64,000 nt of DNA, from positions 89,826 through 153,825 of the forward strand of contig JBHLMQ010000005.1 in assembly GCA_048938005.1 (NCBI GenBank). The letters run 5' to 3'. The stretch comes from Promethearchaeota archaeon. Lineage in GTDB: Archaea; Asgardarchaeota; Lokiarchaeia; Sigyniarchaeales; SOKP01. The translations under genes and the position numbers were made by a program. Numbering within the stretch: position 1 is the stretch's first letter; every line of letters starts with the position of its first letter. Shown piece by piece: positions 61,045-64,000 of this stretch. The notes under the pieces are model-generated. The model had not been told where the DNA came from. It did not search any database and saw only the letters and a program-made list of their open reading frames with translations.

Positions 61045-61659
61045 TTGACCATAAATATGTTTACCTGGATTAATCTTATCGTGTTATTTATCTCAACTGC
61101 ATTAATGGCGTTTTATTATATTAAAAGTGTAAGTCCAGCAAAATTAGAACAAAAAATAGGTGAGATTGCGTATAAGACATGTGGTAACTATCGAATTATT
61201 GCGAGTGTGTTTGAAGTAATTGTTGTTTTTAATTATATAATTTACTTTTATCTCCCTCTCCCCATTCTTATTCCTCAATTCTTTATCTGGGATTATTGGA
61301 TCTCTGTTATTCTTAGTATTGTCATTTTAATTCCTAGTGTATATATTATGTTAAAAGGAGTTAAAGATGCAGGAAGAGAAGCTCTTTTTCCAGATAAAGG
61401 ACATACTCTCTATGGAGGGATATATGAAAAGATACGACATCCTCAAGCATTAGGGGAAGTTTTCATTTGGTGGGTGGTTGCATTACTGTTAAATTCTCCA
61501 TTTCTTTTTCTTTATTCAATTGTTTGGTTTCCATTATTTTATTGGTTTTGTAAAGCAGAAGAAAAAGATCTGATTATAAGATATGGAAAACCCTATATTG
61601 ATTATAAAAATCGAGTAGGTATGTTTTTTCCAAAAAAGAGAAAATTAAATGAAAAATAA
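61045..61659 (+). CDS. isoprenylcysteine carboxylmethyltransferase/PEMT-family membrane protein
   Basis: GIYEKIRHP, EEKDL...YG..Y.DYK.RV..FFP. Confidence 0.85.
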   Translation: MTINMFTWINLIVLFISTALMAFYYIKSVSPAKLEQKIGEIAYKTCGNYRIIASVFEVIVVFNYIIYFYLPLPILIPQFFIWDYWISVILSIVILIPSVYIMLKGVKDAGREALFPDKGHTLYGGIYEKIRHPQALGEVFIWWVVALLLNSPFLFLYSIVWFPLFYWFCKAEEKDLIIRYGKPYIDYKNRVGMFFPKKRKLNEK

Positions 61660-61672
61660 TATCCAAAAATAA

Positions 61673-62833
61673 CTATTTAACTTTTTTTTTATTTAGGCGA
61701 TAATTCCTGATTTTAAATTCTGTGAAACACCACAATACTCCTATTAAAACACAGATTATTATAGCTATAATATCATATAAAATGCAAAACCCAGGATCAG
61801 TAGCGCCGACCATACATTGAGCATTCCCCAAAAATGCTTTCATTAATCCAAAATAGAAAATCTGAGATAAAAGAATATGATATGATGACTTTCCAATCCA
61901 AGAAATCCCTTTTGCTAATTTATTCTGATTTTTTTTTGGAATTACTTTTAAAATAATTAAAAGAATAAATGCCACATAGGTATAAAAAATAATATTATAA
62001 TCTCCACGTATAAAATCTATTTGATATAAATCTCTGTCAATTTGAAAAAGAATGATATAATAAGCACATAGTGGAAAGAGAACCCACATAAAAATATTGC
62101 GAACATTAAAGATACTAGGATTTCTTGAAAACCACATACCTAATCCTATACCTCCTAAATACATCGTAATGCTTATATAGAAGAGCGAAATATTTCGCCA
62201 TTCTTCTAAATCTTCTACTGTAGGTCCCATAAAAAAAAATAGTGATATATGAGTAGCAAAATTAATAATAAAGCAAACAACTAGTGTTATTAGAGCTTTT
62301 GAAGTACTGCTTGAAAATCCCTTATATATTAAAGGCATAAATAGTATAGTTTGAAAAAGTAAAGGAATAAACCAAATTCCGGGACCCCAGAAAGGTGAGA
62401 TTCCCAAAAATAAGAATCTTTCATCCATGAAAGGATATAATTGATTGGATATTGTTGTTTCAAAGTTTCCATAAATCATCAAACCTACTATTATTGAAAT
62501 GGTATAGAAAAGTAAATAAGGAAAAACATACCTCCATAATTTTTTCTTAAAATATTTCCATGAATAGAGTTTTTTTAGAGAAGTTTCTCCTGTTCGTTTA
62601 AATGAAAGCCCCATATTAAATCCTAATATGACCACGAAAAATGGAATAGAGAGTCTTTGCCATAGGAATACAGCCATATAATTCTTTATATCCCAAGGAA
62701 GGGCATGTTCAGAAATAACAAAAATTATTATGAAGGCTTTTACAAGATCTATTTGAAAATAATAATTATCATTAGATTTACGTTCTTGCTCCTTTTTGCC
62801 ATTTTTTTTGTTTCTCGTCATGAATTTTAACAA
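61673..62833 (-). CDS. acyltransferase-3 family membrane protein
   Basis: IDLVKAFIIIFVISEH, SIPFFVVILG, WFIP, IGKSSYHILLSQ; start may be ATG 62821. Confidence 0.8.
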   Translation of the reverse strand: MLKFMTRNKKNGKKEQERKSNDNYYFQIDLVKAFIIIFVISEHALPWDIKNYMAVFLWQRLSIPFFVVILGFNMGLSFKRTGETSLKKLYSWKYFKKKLWRYVFPYLLFYTISIIVGLMIYGNFETTISNQLYPFMDERFLFLGISPFWGPGIWFIPLLFQTILFMPLIYKGFSSSTSKALITLVVCFIINFATHISLFFFMGPTVEDLEEWRNISLFYISITMYLGGIGLGMWFSRNPSIFNVRNIFMWVLFPLCAYYIILFQIDRDLYQIDFIRGDYNIIFYTYVAFILLIILKVIPKKNQNKLAKGISWIGKSSYHILLSQIFYFGLMKAFLGNAQCMVGATDPGFCILYDIIAIIICVLIGVLWCFTEFKIRNYRLNKKKVK

Positions 62834-62934
62834 AAAACATGTTGACTATATTGTATGTTAATTCAATCTTATTATTTAAAAAGATAATACAGATAGTATT
62901 AGAAAAATTTGAAAAAAAGGAGAATAAATACAAA

Positions 62935-64000
62935 TTAAATTTTTTCAATCCCAAATGGAACTTGTTCTATTAAAATATCCTTTAATCTTGGCCCAACTGG
63001 GCGACCTTTCTTATGAATAGCTCTTCCTACAACTGCTTCTGCTGCTTCTAGAACCATTTCTGATAGAGTTGGATGACTATGGACTGTATCTGTAATGTCT
63101 TCGATTGATAACCCATGCTGCATTGCAAGTGTTATCTCAGCAATCAATTCTGATGCGCCCTCACCAATACAAGACGCACCTACAATCTGAAGTGTGTGTT
63201 TATCTGCTAAAATCATTAGGAGTCCCTCTTCTCCCATACATTTTGCCTTTCCTAAACTACCATAAGGAAATTGTCCAACTAATACATCTATTCCTAATTC
63301 TTTTGCCTGCTTTCTTTTAAGTCCAACAGAACCAATATTAGGACTAGTAAATATTGTTGAAGGAATAACTCTATAATTTATTCTTTTTGGTTTTACTTGA
63401 AATTTTCTAAGACTGGATAAAGCATTTGCAACAGCTATATCGCCCTCATAACTTGCCACATGAGCAAGCATAATCCCTCCGGTCACATCACCAATTGCAT
63501 ATATTCCATTAACAGCGGTTTCCAAGGTGCTCGGATCAACTTCAATTGCACCTCTTCTTGTATTAACTCCCAACTCTTCTAATCCTAAATTCTTCGAGAC
63601 TTTATTTCTACCAATTGATATTAGGCATAAATCTGCCTCAAAAGTAGATTTCTCTGCGTTTTCAATTTGATCTATTGGAACTGAAGCAGAACAAGTTGTA
63701 GCTTTCACACTTGAACCTAAATTTTCAACAGATAATACATTTTGGGAAGTAAATATCTTAACGTCCATTGAATCAAATTTCTTTTCCAATTGCTTTATAA
63801 TTAATGGTTCTTCTGTAGCAATTGGTGAAGGAAGATACTCTAAGAGAGTTACCTCACTGCCGAAATTCGCAAAAATATCAGCAAACTCACATCCAATCAC
63901 ACCAGCACCAATAATTAATAAATGCTTTGGAATAGTCTTAAAATTAGGATCTAAGATATCGTCACTAGTCAATATTTTCTCATGATCTACATTAAAATTA
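62935..64000 (-). CDS. lpdA: dihydrolipoyl dehydrogenase (5' part lies beyond the window)
   Basis: IGAGVIGCE, IYAIGDV..MLAHVA, HSHPTLSE; the frame runs to the window edge. Confidence 0.85.
   Translation of the reverse strand, partial: NFNVDHEKILTSDDILDPNFKTIPKHLLIIGAGVIGCEFADIFANFGSEVTLLEYLPSPIATEEPLIIKQLEKKFDSMDVKIFTSQNVLSVENLGSSVKATTCSASVPIDQIENAEKSTFEADLCLISIGRNKVSKNLGLEELGVNTRRGAIEVDPSTLETAVNGIYAIGDVTGGIMLAHVASYEGDIAVANALSSLRKFQVKPKRINYRVIPSTIFTSPNIGSVGLKRKQAKELGIDVLVGQFPYGSLGKAKCMGEEGLLMILADKHTLQIVGASCIGEGASELIAEITLAMQHGLSIEDITDTVHSHPTLSEMVLEAAEAVVGRAIHKKGRPVGPRLKDILIEQVPFGIEKI

Noticed and set aside
1160-63320. About 30 short ORFs in the track that overlap longer genes (e.g. 1160-1342, 13179-13532, 15848-16129, 37179-37508, 54366-54629, 63105-63320)
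   Set aside because: Antisense or off-frame shadows of well-supported genes, with no motifs or SD.
1-64000. CRISPR array, rRNA, IS/transposase, integrase or provirus
   Set aside because: No regularly spaced repeats, long GC-rich structural RNA, DDE or tyrosine/serine recombinase motifs, or viral genes were seen.

Overview
Very AT-rich (roughly 30% GC by eye), gene-dense archaeal DNA. It is most consistent with an Asgard archaeon of the Lokiarchaeia/Promethearchaeia type (inference from Rab-like GTPases, a roadblock-like domain, a TPR protein with a RING-like finger, an IPGF C-terminal sorting signal, CdhD, a tungsten AOR and an intron-containing tRNA). Housekeeping and metabolic content: three acyl-CoA dehydrogenase paralogs around a penicillin-acylase-family gene, AOR, an Hrq1/SftH-type helicase, an FGGY kinase, dapF-lysA/dapA-dapB, an Hsp20-Cdc48-ArsR heat-shock operon, an orphan DNA adenine methyltransferase, two flavin disulfide reductases, a GAF histidine kinase and an ABC-2 exporter. 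An accessory stretch of small genes lies at about 22-35 kb. Highlights not shown by the ORF track: (1) a Rab-like GTPase with all five G motifs in the order G3-G4-G5-G1-G2, i.e. a circular permutation at the beta2-beta3 hairpin; (2) repeated evidence for ATT/ATA start codons behind Shine-Dalgarno motifs; (3) tRNA-Pro(TGG) with a 28-nt BHB intron at non-canonical position 25/26; (4) two adjacent single-gene blocks bounded by direct repeats, one repeat being a diverged copy of the cdhD 3' end; (5) an inositol-phosphate cluster ending in a truncated ino1 remnant; (6) an uncalled 35-aa zinc-finger gene, a possible structured ncRNA and several candidate operators. No CRISPR array, rRNA, transposase or integrase was seen. 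All assignments come from motif recognition; no database searches were run.
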